The notes under the pieces are model-generated. The model was not told the DNA's origin. It was given only the letters and a program-made list of their open reading frames with translations, and did not search any database. DNA of 64,000 nucleotides from Vicinamibacterales bacterium. GTDB taxonomy: Bacteria > Acidobacteriota > Vicinamibacteria > Vicinamibacterales > UBA8438. The position numbers and the translations under genes are program-made. The stretch lies in NCBI GenBank assembly GCA_965116845.1, contig OZ220728.1:5434637-5498636 (forward strand), given 5' to 3'. Of this stretch, positions 34,588 through 44,785 are shown one piece after another. Each line of letters begins with the position of its first letter. Positions within the stretch are counted from its first letter, which is position 1.

Positions 34588-35354
34588 TGGCAGGCGACAG
34601 ACTCACGATAGTGAACGGCAACTGGGGCGGCACGAGCCTTCGCGCCGTGCGGGCCGTGCTGGAATCCGCGCGAGCCGTCCTCTGCGCCGCGTTCGAGAAG
34701 TGTGCCGACGCCCCGATCCGCGTGGCCCGATGGAGCCAGGATCCGCGGGTGTTCCACGACCACAGACCGTACGAGATCCGGATCAGCGCCCGAGACACCT
34801 ACTGGTGCCAGTATGTCTACCAGTTCTCGCACGAGCTGTGCCACGTGCTGGTCAACTTCGACCGGGCGCGCGGGCACCGGCACAAGTGGTTCGAGGAGAG
34901 CCTCTGCGAGCTGGCGGCGCTGTTCGTGCTGCATCGGCTCCCGGAGGCCTGGCGGGACCGCCCGCCGCCCGAGGTCGCCGGAGCGGCCGAGTTCGCACCG
35001 CACTTCGGCACCTACGCCGACGACGTTGCAGCGGCGGAGCACGAGGTGGCCCCTGCTGACCTTCCGGCTTGGCTGGCCGCGCACCTCGCGGCCCTGGAAG
35101 CCGATCCCTACGACCGTGGGCGCAACCGCATCGCGGCGACCGCCCTGCTGGACAACTTCCTGCAGGACCCGTCACTGTGGCGGGACTGCGGCTGGCTGAA
35201 CTGCTGGGACACGGCGGCGGACCGTTCGTTCGCCGACCATCTCGACGCCTGGGCCGCACACCTCGCGGAACGAGGGTTGACCGCACGGACTCCGGAGCTG
35301 GTCCGGGCGAGGTTCCTCGCGACCGTCAACCGTCCAGCAGGTTCCGCACGCTGA
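34584..35354 (+). CDS. Hypothetical HExxH (gluzincin-like) protein (256 aa)
   Basis: YQFSHELCH...WFEESLCE; ATGA overlap with the ATPase stop. Confidence 0.75.
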   Translation: MMAGDRLTIVNGNWGGTSLRAVRAVLESARAVLCAAFEKCADAPIRVARWSQDPRVFHDHRPYEIRISARDTYWCQYVYQFSHELCHVLVNFDRARGHRHKWFEESLCELAALFVLHRLPEAWRDRPPPEVAGAAEFAPHFGTYADDVAAAEHEVAPADLPAWLAAHLAALEADPYDRGRNRIAATALLDNFLQDPSLWRDCGWLNCWDTAADRSFADHLDAWAAHLAERGLTARTPELVRARFLATVNRPAGSAR

Positions 35355-35480
35355 CGTCAGGGCTCTGCATCCATCAGGTCCTCGAGCGCCGCGCTGTCCG
35401 TCAGGTCCACACCAGGCTGCACCCCCTGCCCGCGAAAGAGGGGGATCGGTGGCCCGGTCGCGCCGGCGCGCGGTGGTGGC
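35345..35480 (-). pseudogene. VapB antitoxin C-terminal remnant plus first codons of a VapC
   Basis: IPLFRGQGVQPGVDLTDSAALEDLMDAEP*; overlapping ATG at 35370 reads MQSPDVSV (compare M..PDVNVL of PIN toxins). Confidence 0.55.
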
Positions 35481-35511
35481 TTCCGAACGCCGGGGTGGAT
35501 AGCCGCAGCCC

Positions 35512-36579
35512 TCATCGGCGCGCAGCAGAGGCGAGGTCGGCGATCGCAGAGAGCGCCCTGTCGATCCCCGCACGCGAGACGTCGAGGTGGGTGACGGCGC
35601 GGATGGCGCCGCCGGCACCGCTCACGCGCACGCCGGACGCCGCGAGGCGGTCGACGAACTCCCGATTGCTCAGTCCGAGCCCGCCCACGTCGAAAAAGAT
35701 CATGTTGGTTTCCGGCTCCGCCGTCCGTAGCGCGATGCCGTCGATCCCGGCCAGGCCGCGCGCCAGCAGGCGGGCGTGCTCGTGGTCCTGGGCGAGCCGG
35801 TCGACGTGGTGGTCGAGCGCATACAGACACCCGGCGGCCGCGATCCCCGCCTGGCGCATGGCGCCGCCGAAGAGCTGCTTGTAGCGGCGGGCGACGGAGA
35901 CGAAGTCCCGCGATCCCGCCAGCACGGCGCCGATCGGCGCGCCGAGCCCCTTGGTGAAATCGATCCAGACGCTGTCGACCTCCGCCGCGAACGTCGCCGC
36001 GGGAACGCCGCTCGCCACGCTGGCGTTCAGCAGCCGGGCGCCGTCCATGTGCACGGGCACGCCGCGCTGCCGCGCGCACGCCGAGACCGCACCGAGCTCC
36101 TCCGCCCGCCAGACGGCGCCGCCGCCGAAGTTGTGCGTCTGCTCGACGCAGACGAGCCCGACCGGCTGCCCGTAGGGAACCGGCACCGCGCCCACGCGGT
36201 CGAAGGCCGCCTCGAGCTCGGACGCCGTGAAGATGCCGCGCGCGGTCGGAATCGGCTGCACCATGACGCCGGACGCCAGCGCTGCCCCACCCGACTCCGC
36301 CCGGATCACGTGCGCCATCGCCTCGGCCACCAGCGCGTCGCCCGGCTGCGTGTGACTCTTGACCGCCACCAGATTGCACATCGTGCCGGTGGGGAGCCAG
36401 AGCGCGGATTCCTTCCCCAGCAGATCCGCCACCCGCTCCTGCAGCCGGGTGATGCAGGGATCCTCGTCCTTCTGCTCATCCCCCACCTCGGCCGCCGCCA
36501 TCGCCGCGCGCATGCCGGGCGTCGGCCGGGTCTCGGTGTCGCTGAAAAGGGAGACCGTGTCTTCGATTGCTGGCGTCAT
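35512..36579 (-). CDS. ltaE: Low-specificity L-threonine aldolase family (PLP)
   Basis: SDTETRPT, VGDE, PTGTMCN, EQTHN, HMDGARL, FTKGLGAP, GGAMRQAG. Confidence 0.9.
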   Translation of the reverse strand: MTPAIEDTVSLFSDTETRPTPGMRAAMAAAEVGDEQKDEDPCITRLQERVADLLGKESALWLPTGTMCNLVAVKSHTQPGDALVAEAMAHVIRAESGGAALASGVMVQPIPTARGIFTASELEAAFDRVGAVPVPYGQPVGLVCVEQTHNFGGGAVWRAEELGAVSACARQRGVPVHMDGARLLNASVASGVPAATFAAEVDSVWIDFTKGLGAPIGAVLAGSRDFVSVARRYKQLFGGAMRQAGIAAAGCLYALDHHVDRLAQDHEHARLLARGLAGIDGIALRTAEPETNMIFFDVGGLGLSNREFVDRLAASGVRVSGAGGAIRAVTHLDVSRAGIDRALSAIADLASAARR

Positions 36580-37006
36580 CGTCGGTGTCCACCGTGCCGG
36601 TCTGATTGTGGCACGCCCGACTCTACCTTGCATGCACTCGCCGCGGCGGGTGGTCGTCGCAACCCGACGGTGGAACGGCAGGAGGACCCCTGGCTGGACA
36701 GGACGCGCTCGCGCGCGTAAGGTCGTGACGCTAGGATGATATGGGGCGTCGTTCGTCTCGTCATTCGCCGGGCTCTCGTCCGAACGACAGGACGAAGCGA
36801 CGAGCGGGTTGCGGTCTCGTAAGAGCGCCCGAGACATTCCTGGCGTCATAGCCGGCCGAACTGTGTCGCGACATCGAGTTGCGTTTCTGTCTGGTGCGAG
36901 CCGAATCAGGGCGGCTCACGCCAGAGCGACGGGTACCCGGCGGACTTGCCCAATCCAACGTGCTCGGCGTTGCGGGAGGTGAACGCGGAAGATTGAGGGA
37001 CGCACG

Positions 37007-40000
37007 ATGAGGATCGTCTCCAACGCGGGCACGGACCGTGTGATGGATCTCATCCGTCCTTGGCTCAAGCCCGGTCATCGGATGGATCTCGCTTCGGAAG
37101 CGCTATCCCTCCATGCGTTCGCCCAACTCGCGGACGGGCTGTCCGATTTGACGGACGTGCGCCTCGTTCTTCCTCCCGCAGAGGCGGAGCTTGGCCTTTT
37201 CGGGTCGGACGCCGACCGCGCCGCGCGCAACCGCCTTCAGGGCCGCTGGCTGGCCCGGCTCTGTGCGAACTGGATCGAGAAGGCGGCCGAAGTCCGCCGA
37301 ACGGAGCGCCCCGTCCCGCAAGGCGCCGTCGTTCTGCGCAACGGGGACGGGCGCCCGGGACAAGCGGTGCTCGGCTCGTTCTCGTTCAGCACCGACGGCC
37401 TGGGTCTCGCTCCGGGAAACCCGCTGAACCTCATCAACGCCTCCGAAACGACGGAGGAGGTCCAGCGACTGAGCGAGTGGTTCGACGAGCACTGGTCCGC
37501 GCTGGCCGAAGGTGACGCAGCGAAGACCGGTGTCCTGGAACTGCTGCGATCGGTTGCCGCCGACCAAGACCCCCATCGCATCTACGCGTTGATTCTGAGC
37601 CATCTCTTGCGCTCCGGCGGCGACGAGCTGGACGAGGACCAGGTAGTCGAGTCAGCCACCGGAATCCGCGACACGATGGTGTGGCAGAAGCTCTTCAAGT
37701 TTCAGCGCGACGGCGTCGTCGGCGCCGTTGACAAGCTCAATCGTTTCGGCGGCTGCATCATCGCCGACAGCGTGGGGCTGGGGAAGACCTTCGAGGCGCT
37801 GGCTGTCATCAAGTACCACGAGTTGCGCAACGACCGCGTGCTGGTCCTCTGCCCCAAACGCCTGCGCGACAACTGGAGCCTCTACCGCGCCAACGACCGC
37901 CGCAACTTCCTTGCTGGCGACCGCTTCAACTACGACATTCTCAATCACACCGACCTGTCGCGCGACGGCGGCCTGTCGGGCGACATCGATCTCGCCCACG
38001 TCAACTGGGGCAACTACGACCTCGTCGTCATAGACGAGTCGCACAACTTCCGCAACAAGCGCACGCCGCGGCAGGGCGGCGAGACTCGCTACGACCGGCT
38101 GATGCGCCGGATCATCCGGGAGGGCGTGAAGACCCGGGTGCTCATGCTCTCCGCCACCCCGGTCAACAATCGACTCGCCGACCTGGGCAACCAGATTGCG
38201 TTCGCCACCGAGGGCGACGATACGGCGTTGGCCGACCACGGCCTCGCCAGCATTGAGGGGACGACCCGGCTGGCGCAGAAGCAGTTCAATCGCTGGCTCG
38301 GTCTCGACGACGACGAGCGCAGCCCGTCGCGGCTTGTCGAGATGCTGGGGTTCGACTATTTCACGCTGCTGGATCGTCTCACCATCGCGCGTTCCCGCCG
38401 GCATCTCCAAAAGTACTACGGCACCCTGGAAGCGGTCCGCTTTCCCGAACGGCTCAAGCCGATCAACCTCAAGCCGGACGTGGACTTGACGGGCGAGTTT
38501 CCTTCCATCCGCGACATCAACCTCGAAATCCGCCGGCTCAATCTGGCGGCCTTCGCGCCGCTGCGCTACGTGCTGCCCCACAAGCAGGATGCCTACGACG
38601 AGAAGTACAGCACGAGGCTTGCCAGCGGCGAAGGGTTCTTCCGGCAGGCGGACCGTGAAGAGAGTCTCGTGCAGCTCTTGCGCGTCAACGCGCTCAAGCG
38701 CATGGAGAGCTCCGTGGTCTCGTTCGCGCTCACGGTACGGCGACAGCTTGCCGACGTGAACCGGACGCTGGCCCGCATCGAGGAGCAGGCAGCGGAGCTC
38801 GAGGAGATCGACATCGCCGATGTCGACATACAAGACCCGGCCTTCGAGAGCCTGCTGGTCGGACGCAAGGTCAAGGTGCTGCTGCAGGACGTGGACCTGA
38901 TCCGCTGGAAGCAGGACCTCGTCGAGGACCGCGACCGGTTGGCCACCCTACACGCCGCGGCCCTTCAGGTCACCGCCTCGCGCGACGCCAAGCTCGCCGG
39001 GCTTCGCCGGATCATCGAGGGCAAGTGTCAGCACCCCATCAACCCCGGCAACAGAAAGGTCATCGTTTTCACGGCGTTTGCCGACACGGCCCGCTACCTC
39101 TACGAACAACTGGCGCCCTGGGCGCGGGACAGCCTGGGGCTGCAGTCCGCGCTAGTGACCGGCACGGGCGGGAATCAGGTCACGTTGCCGAAGCTACGAC
39201 GCGACCTCGCATCCATCCTGACCGCCTTCGCGCCCCGCACGAAGGAGAGGCCGGAGGATCTCGACGACGAAGGCGAGATCGACCTCCTCATCGCCACCGA
39301 CTGCGTTTCGGAAGGACAGAACCTCCAGGACTGCGACTGGCTCGTCAACTACGATATCCACTGGAACCCCGTGCGCATCATCCAGCGTTTCGGGCGCATC
39401 GACCGCATCGGCACCGCGAACGCGCGCATCCAGCTCGTGAACTTCTGGCCCAACCTGGAGCTCGAGGAGTATCTGCGACTGGAACAGCGGGTGAGCGGAC
39501 GCATGGTGCTGCTTGACATTTCGGCGACGGGCGAGGAAAACGTGATCGAGCAGCAGTCGGGCGACCCGATGAACGACCTCGAGTACCGCCGCCGGCAACT
39601 GCTCAAACTGCAGGACGCGGTCATCGACCTGGAAGATCTGTCGTCGGGCATCTCCATCGCCGACCTCACGCTGACGGACTTCCGCATCGATCTGGCGGAC
39701 TATCTGAGGGCACGGCCCGACGCGCTGGCGAACCTGCCGCGTGGCGTCTACGCCGTGACTACCGAGGTGGATGCGGAGACGCCCCCCGGCATCATTTTCT
39801 GCCTGCGAGCGGAAGGACGGGCCGCGGCGCGCTTCTTCGAGCCGGGGTATCCGCTTGCCCCGCACTACCTGGTCCATGTCGGAGACAACGGCGCCGTGCT
39901 GCTGCCCTTCACACAGGCCCGGCGCATTCTGGATCGCTTGAAGCGGCTCTGCCTGGGGCGCGACCTGCCGGATGCTGGCGCCTGCGCCCGGTTCCACCGG

Positions 40001-40204
40001 ATGACCCGCGGCGACCGCGACATGCATCAAGCGCAACGGCTGCTCGCCGCCGCGGTCGCCTCAGTCACGGGCAAGAGCGAAGAGCGTGCACTCGCGAGCC
40101 TCTTCGCGCCGGGAGGGAGCCATCCGATGGCGAGCGAGTTCGCCGGGATCGAGGAGTTCGAGGTCGTGGCGTTCCTCATTGTGCTGGGAACGGAGGCGCC
40201 GTGA
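37007..40204 (+). CDS. SNF2-family helicase with degenerate N-terminal PLD-like domain (1065 aa)
   Basis: ADSVGLGKT, DESHNFRN, LSATP, SEGQNLQ, QRFGRIDRIG; N-domain GSFSFSTDGLG without HxK. Confidence 0.9.
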   Translation: MRIVSNAGTDRVMDLIRPWLKPGHRMDLASEALSLHAFAQLADGLSDLTDVRLVLPPAEAELGLFGSDADRAARNRLQGRWLARLCANWIEKAAEVRRTERPVPQGAVVLRNGDGRPGQAVLGSFSFSTDGLGLAPGNPLNLINASETTEEVQRLSEWFDEHWSALAEGDAAKTGVLELLRSVAADQDPHRIYALILSHLLRSGGDELDEDQVVESATGIRDTMVWQKLFKFQRDGVVGAVDKLNRFGGCIIADSVGLGKTFEALAVIKYHELRNDRVLVLCPKRLRDNWSLYRANDRRNFLAGDRFNYDILNHTDLSRDGGLSGDIDLAHVNWGNYDLVVIDESHNFRNKRTPRQGGETRYDRLMRRIIREGVKTRVLMLSATPVNNRLADLGNQIAFATEGDDTALADHGLASIEGTTRLAQKQFNRWLGLDDDERSPSRLVEMLGFDYFTLLDRLTIARSRRHLQKYYGTLEAVRFPERLKPINLKPDVDLTGEFPSIRDINLEIRRLNLAAFAPLRYVLPHKQDAYDEKYSTRLASGEGFFRQADREESLVQLLRVNALKRMESSVVSFALTVRRQLADVNRTLARIEEQAAELEEIDIADVDIQDPAFESLLVGRKVKVLLQDVDLIRWKQDLVEDRDRLATLHAAALQVTASRDAKLAGLRRIIEGKCQHPINPGNRKVIVFTAFADTARYLYEQLAPWARDSLGLQSALVTGTGGNQVTLPKLRRDLASILTAFAPRTKERPEDLDDEGEIDLLIATDCVSEGQNLQDCDWLVNYDIHWNPVRIIQRFGRIDRIGTANARIQLVNFWPNLELEEYLRLEQRVSGRMVLLDISATGEENVIEQQSGDPMNDLEYRRRQLLKLQDAVIDLEDLSSGISIADLTLTDFRIDLADYLRARPDALANLPRGVYAVTTEVDAETPPGIIFCLRAEGRAAARFFEPGYPLAPHYLVHVGDNGAVLLPFTQARRILDRLKRLCLGRDLPDAGACARFHRMTRGDRDMHQAQRLLAAAVASVTGKSEERALASLFAPGGSHPMASEFAGIEEFEVVAFLIVLGTEAP

Positions 40205-40959
40205 GCACCCCTAATCTCATCGCGGCTCTCGCGCTTCCCGACGGCGCCCTCGTCGACCGCCGCGTACCGAAGACGCTGCTGATTGAGAACGGCGCTCCAA
40301 CAGCGCGCGACAGGCGGCGCATTCGGGACGAAGTGAAGGAGCTCCGCTGGCTAGCGGCGTTGAAGCCCTCGACCGTCGGCGTAGCTGCGTACCGCGACGC
40401 GAAGCGGGAGTATCTGGAGATTGCCGTTCTCGAGCTCACCCTTCGCGCCGAAGGCCGCGCCACTCGGATCACCGAGCTCGTGCACCGCGCCGTGCCGTAT
40501 CCGGTGCTGCTGATCGCTCGGCAGGGAGGCGCGATGCAACTCTCAGTAGCTCACAAGCGGTGGTCCCAGGGCGAGACGGGCAAGATCGTGCTCGACGGCG
40601 GCGTGGTTGCGGTTGAACTGGACAACGGGAGTCCGGCTGAACTCGAGACGGCGTTCCGCGGCGCCCTTGCCCTGACCCGTCAGCCGCGTGCCTCCCTCCA
40701 TGGGCTCTACCAAGGCTGGATGGACCTCCTGCTGGCGCTGCGCGTCGCCGACGTCACAGGAGTGTTTATTGTCCCCGGTTCCGCTGACGAGGCGGCGGAC
40801 CGCGCCTCCGCGCTGCTGGACTATGGGCGACTGAAGTCGCGAATCGCCGAGATGAGCGCCGTGGGCGCCAGAGAGAAGCAAGTGAGCCGCCTCGCGGACA
40901 TCAACCTGGAACTCCGTCGTCTGCGAGCGGACCTGGACGCGGTGCGAGCGAGACTGTAG
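40201..40959 (+). CDS. DUF4391 domain protein
   Basis: RRVPKTLL, YLEIAVL, HRAVPYP, AHKR, REKQ; position between SNF2 and mod. Confidence 0.85.
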   Translation: MSTPNLIAALALPDGALVDRRVPKTLLIENGAPTARDRRRIRDEVKELRWLAALKPSTVGVAAYRDAKREYLEIAVLELTLRAEGRATRITELVHRAVPYPVLLIARQGGAMQLSVAHKRWSQGETGKIVLDGGVVAVELDNGSPAELETAFRGALALTRQPRASLHGLYQGWMDLLLALRVADVTGVFIVPGSADEAADRASALLDYGRLKSRIAEMSAVGAREKQVSRLADINLELRRLRADLDAVRARL

Positions 40960-41174
40960 TGCGGAAGAATCCATGAAGAAGATCGGCCCCGACGACCCTG
41001 AGGCCCGCTCGGCGGATGTCCTCGGGGAGAACATCCAGCAACTCAGGACGCTGTTCCCCGAAGCGTTCACCGAGGGGAAGGTCGACTTTGATGTCCTCAA
41101 GCAGATCCTCGGCGGCGCGGTGGACGAGCGAGAGGAGAAGTACGGTCTCAACTGGCACGGCAAGCGCCGGGCCC

Positions 41175-42630
41175 GGGATTGTCCCGTTCGCTGTTGAACT
41201 TCGGGAGTGGCCGCTCCCCGTCTCTTCTACGAAGTCGCCTATCTTACGCCACGTGAGCAACCACCCTATCGGGCGGTGCCACAGTGTCCAGAGCACTGAT
41301 GAAGTGCGGCAGGTCGCGGTAGCCGCGGATGCGCCGAAAGTGCTTCTCCGCCTCGACGAGCGCGCTCGCCACCCAGCGCTCGATCATCTGGCCGCCACGC
41401 CACCGTTTGACGTTCCGCGTATAGCGCTCGACGCTGCCGTTCAGGTTCTCGATGATGTTCGTCGAGCGCAGCGTACGTTGCAGCGCCCCCGTCAGGCCGA
41501 GGCGCTGCACGGTCAGCGTCTCGGCAAGTCCCTCCCGGATGGACGCGGCCGCCCCGGGGTGGTCGCGCTCCAGCGACCCCGCCAGCCGCTGCAGCACCCG
41601 CTCCGCGCGGTCCGCCGAATCGAGGTCCCACGCATCCCGCAACGCCTTGCCGACCGAGGCGTGCAGCCGCTCGGGAAGATGGCCGAGCACGTTCCGGCAC
41701 TTGTGCACCTGGCAGCGCTGGACCACGCCGCGAGACCCGAAGACGTCGGTGATGGCCCGGCGCAGCCCCGGAGCGCCATCGATGACGAACAACAACGTCC
41801 GGTCCGTCGGCAAGCCGCGCGTCACCAGGTCGCTCAACAGCCCGGTGGTGACGGCAGCGGTCTCGGTGGCGCCCTCGCGCAGGCCCAGGACGTGTTTCCG
41901 GCCCGCTGCGTCGATCCCCAACGCGATCACCATGCAGTGGTCCCGGAAGACCTTCCCGTCGATGCAGACCACCCGCAGGTCCAGCTCCCCCAACGGCCGG
42001 TCAAGAAACGCCGCGAGCCGCTTCGTCGACAGCGCCACGAACCGCCGCGACACCGCACTGCTCGAGGTCGCCCGCTCCGTCACGTCGGCCGGCACCGGGT
42101 CCAACGTGCTCGCGTAGCGGCGCGTCGACACCCCGGCGGCGACCGCGGCCAGCGTGTGCTCGTCCAGCGGGTCGGCGGCCGACGCCCACTCGAAGCTCAC
42201 CAGCGGTACCTCGCCGCCCGCGCTCCGCACCCGGAGCCGTGGCACCTCGACCTGCCGTCCGCCGAGCGTCACCTGACTATCGGCGCTCCCGCCGCGCCAC
42301 GTGGACCGCTCGACCTGGTGGCGCCCCTTGGGGCCACACAGTACTTCCCGGTCCGCCTCCATCATCGCCTCCAGGACCTGCAGCCCCGTCGCGATGCACA
42401 AGCCGTGCAACGCTTCTCGAACCCCGTGCACCACGCCCAGCACCGGCAACGGCACCTGAATCGTGACGGGTCGCGAGTCGGGCGCTTGGCCGGACGTCTC
42501 CCGCCTGTCATGCTTCGCCATGGGTGGCAGTCTCCTTTCCTGATTGCATCCCCTGTCCTACCACAGACAGGGGCAGGAGCTGCCACCCGTTTCACATCAG
42601 CTCAAATCCAACAGCGTCCGGGACATCCCC
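41175..42630 (-). mobile_element. IS256-family insertion sequence (1456 bp)
   Basis: Imperfect ~24-bp TIRs (GGGATTGTCCCGTTCGCTGTTG / GGGGATGTCCCGGACGCTGTTG); 8-bp duplication CCGGGCCC at 41167-41174 and 42631-42638. Confidence 0.95.
41244..42521 (-). CDS. IS256-family transposase (425 aa)
   Basis: GVSTRR, CIDG, VIDGAPGL, QRCQVHK, STNIIENLNG. Confidence 0.95.
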   Translation of the reverse strand: MAKHDRRETSGQAPDSRPVTIQVPLPVLGVVHGVREALHGLCIATGLQVLEAMMEADREVLCGPKGRHQVERSTWRGGSADSQVTLGGRQVEVPRLRVRSAGGEVPLVSFEWASAADPLDEHTLAAVAAGVSTRRYASTLDPVPADVTERATSSSAVSRRFVALSTKRLAAFLDRPLGELDLRVVCIDGKVFRDHCMVIALGIDAAGRKHVLGLREGATETAAVTTGLLSDLVTRGLPTDRTLLFVIDGAPGLRRAITDVFGSRGVVQRCQVHKCRNVLGHLPERLHASVGKALRDAWDLDSADRAERVLQRLAGSLERDHPGAAASIREGLAETLTVQRLGLTGALQRTLRSTNIIENLNGSVERYTRNVKRWRGGQMIERWVASALVEAEKHFRRIRGYRDLPHFISALDTVAPPDRVVAHVA

Positions 42631-44347
42631 CCGGGCCCGCCAACTCGCGCTGACGCCCTCCACCGGAACCCTGCGCCCCTGCCCGGACGACAGCGTCGAC
42701 TGGAACACCACGCAGAATGTGATGATCGAGGGCGACAACCTGGAGGTGCTGAAGCTTCTGCAGAAGAGTTATGCTCGCCGGATTAGGGCGATCTACATCG
42801 ACCCCCCGTACAACACAGGACGCAACCTGATCTATCCGAACAACTACCAAGATGGCATGCGTACGTATCTGGAGGTGACTGGACAGAGCGATGGTGGCGC
42901 GACTCTCACCAGCAATCCCACCGCGGATGGCCGTTTTCACACGAACTGGCTCTCTATGATGTACCCGCGACTGAGACTCGCTAGGGTGCTTCTCTCGCCC
43001 GATGGAGTGTTGATTTGTACGATCGATGACAACGAGGTAAGCCAACTCGGGCTCCTGCTTCGCGAGGTCTTCGAAGAAGGCAACTACGAACATGTATGCG
43101 TGCCGATCATCCACAACCCTCGCGGGGTGCAAGGGCACAATTTCTCATATGTCCACGAGTATGCATGGTTCGTTTATCCTTCCGGTAAGAAGGCGATCTG
43201 CGACCGAAAGATCGACGAGTCCAAGGTGAAATGGTCCCAGTTTCGCAACTGGGGTGGCGAGTCCCTTCGCACTGACGCGAGGAATTGCTTCTATCCGGTC
43301 ATAGTACGAGACGATGAGATTGTTGGATTCGGTGACGTATGCCCTGAAGATCATCACCCGAATCAGACCGAGACTGTCGATACTATGACACTCGTCTATC
43401 CGATCGACAAGTCAGGAGTGGAACGCAAGTGGCGATATGCACGTCAGTCCGTAGAAGCTATCCGTAACATGCTCCGCGCGCGGAAAACCCCGTACGGCTA
43501 CGAGATCGAGATTGGTAAGACGTTCGGCCTTTGCAAGACTGTGTGGAACGAAAAACGCTACGACGCAAACGATTACGGGACGGGAATGGTTAATGAGTTG
43601 GTCCCCGGCTCCCCCTTCACGTTTCCGAAGAGTCTATGGGCAGTCTACGATTGTTTGCTTGCCGCGACCGCGGATGATCCGGACGCGATAGTACTTGACT
43701 TTTTTGCCGGCAGCGGTACGACGGCACACGCTGCTATGGAGCTCAACAAGGATCTGGGAGGGCGACGTCGGTTCATTCTCGTGCAGCTTCCTGAGCCGGT
43801 GGCCGACAATGATGAATTCTCAACCATCTTCGAGGTGACCAAAGCGAGGGTTCGGGTCGCAGGGCAGCGGATTCAGCAAATGGTGCCCGACGCGAATCTG
43901 GACCTTGGCTTCCGTGTTTTCAAGCTCGACATCTCGAACATCCGCGCGTGGGTGCCGGACCGTGACGACCTGGACGAGTCGCTGCTCGATCACCTTGAAC
44001 ACCTCGAGCCGGGTCGCAGCGAGGACGACATCCTTTGCGAATTGCTGCTGAAACTCGGCCTCGACCTCTGTGTGCCCATCGAAACGCGCCGCGTAGCCGG
44101 CAAGGCGGTTCGCTCAGTCGGCGCCGGGACCTTGATTGCTTGCCTTACCGAGAACATCGACCGCGAAACCGTCGAGCCACTCGCTCTCGGCATCGCTGAA
44201 TGGCGCGCTGAGCTGGCGCCCGCCGGAGAGACCACCGTGATCTTCCGTGACAGCGCGTTCGCCGATGACGTCGCGAAGACAAACCTCACGGCTATCCTGG
44301 AGCAGCATGGCCTCGGCAAGGTCCGAAGCCTCTGATCGGGAGAGGGC

Positions 44348-44785
44348 ATGAGCGAAATCGAAACCCGAGCGATGGCCCGGTGGGTGAGAGCAGCACCTCG
44401 AACGGAAGTCATCGTGGCGCGACGAGCACCTGAAGTGGATCTGCGGCTTTGCGAACGCACGGGGCGGCACGCTGGCGGGGCCGGAGCGCCGCAGCCAGAG
44501 GCACAGCCGGAGTCGTTGGTGGCGAGACTGCTGCGGGAACTCACCGCTGGGCCGATGTCGAAGCCTTGCCGCGCCCGGAGGCTGGGACAAAGGAGCGCTC
44601 CGGTCAACTCGAACAAGGTAGTCAGGGCGCTATTGGCGGATGGCAGCATTAGCTACACCATTTCCGAGAATCCCCGAAGCCAACTTCAGAAGTACCGCCT
44701 GACGGACGCGGCACGGGCTGCCGTCGAAGGCCTGTCCGACGGAGGCGGCAGGGAGAAGAGCAAGGGGAGCGTGGCAAGCACATGA
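44348..44785 (+). CDS. Short protein ending in a Fic/RecG-like winged-helix tail, probably truncated
   Basis: LLADGSISYTISENPRSQLQKYRLT tail; RBS GGAGAGGG; ATGA overlap with res. Confidence 0.5.
   Translation: MSEIETRAMARWVRAAPRTEVIVARRAPEVDLRLCERTGRHAGGAGAPQPEAQPESLVARLLRELTAGPMSKPCRARRLGQRSAPVNSNKVVRALLADGSISYTISENPRSQLQKYRLTDAARAAVEGLSDGGGREKSKGSVAST

Larger units (their letters stand above)
40973..44335 (+). pseudogene. mod: Type III R-M methyltransferase Mod interrupted by IS256
   Basis: Joining 40973-41174 to 42639-44335 restores a 632-aa frame (YGLNWHGKRRARQLALTPSTGTLRP) with IEGDNLEVLK, DPPY and FAGSGTT. Confidence 0.92.

Noticed and set aside
41016-42653. 545-aa plus-strand ORF across IS256
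   Set aside because: Antisense shadow of the transposase.
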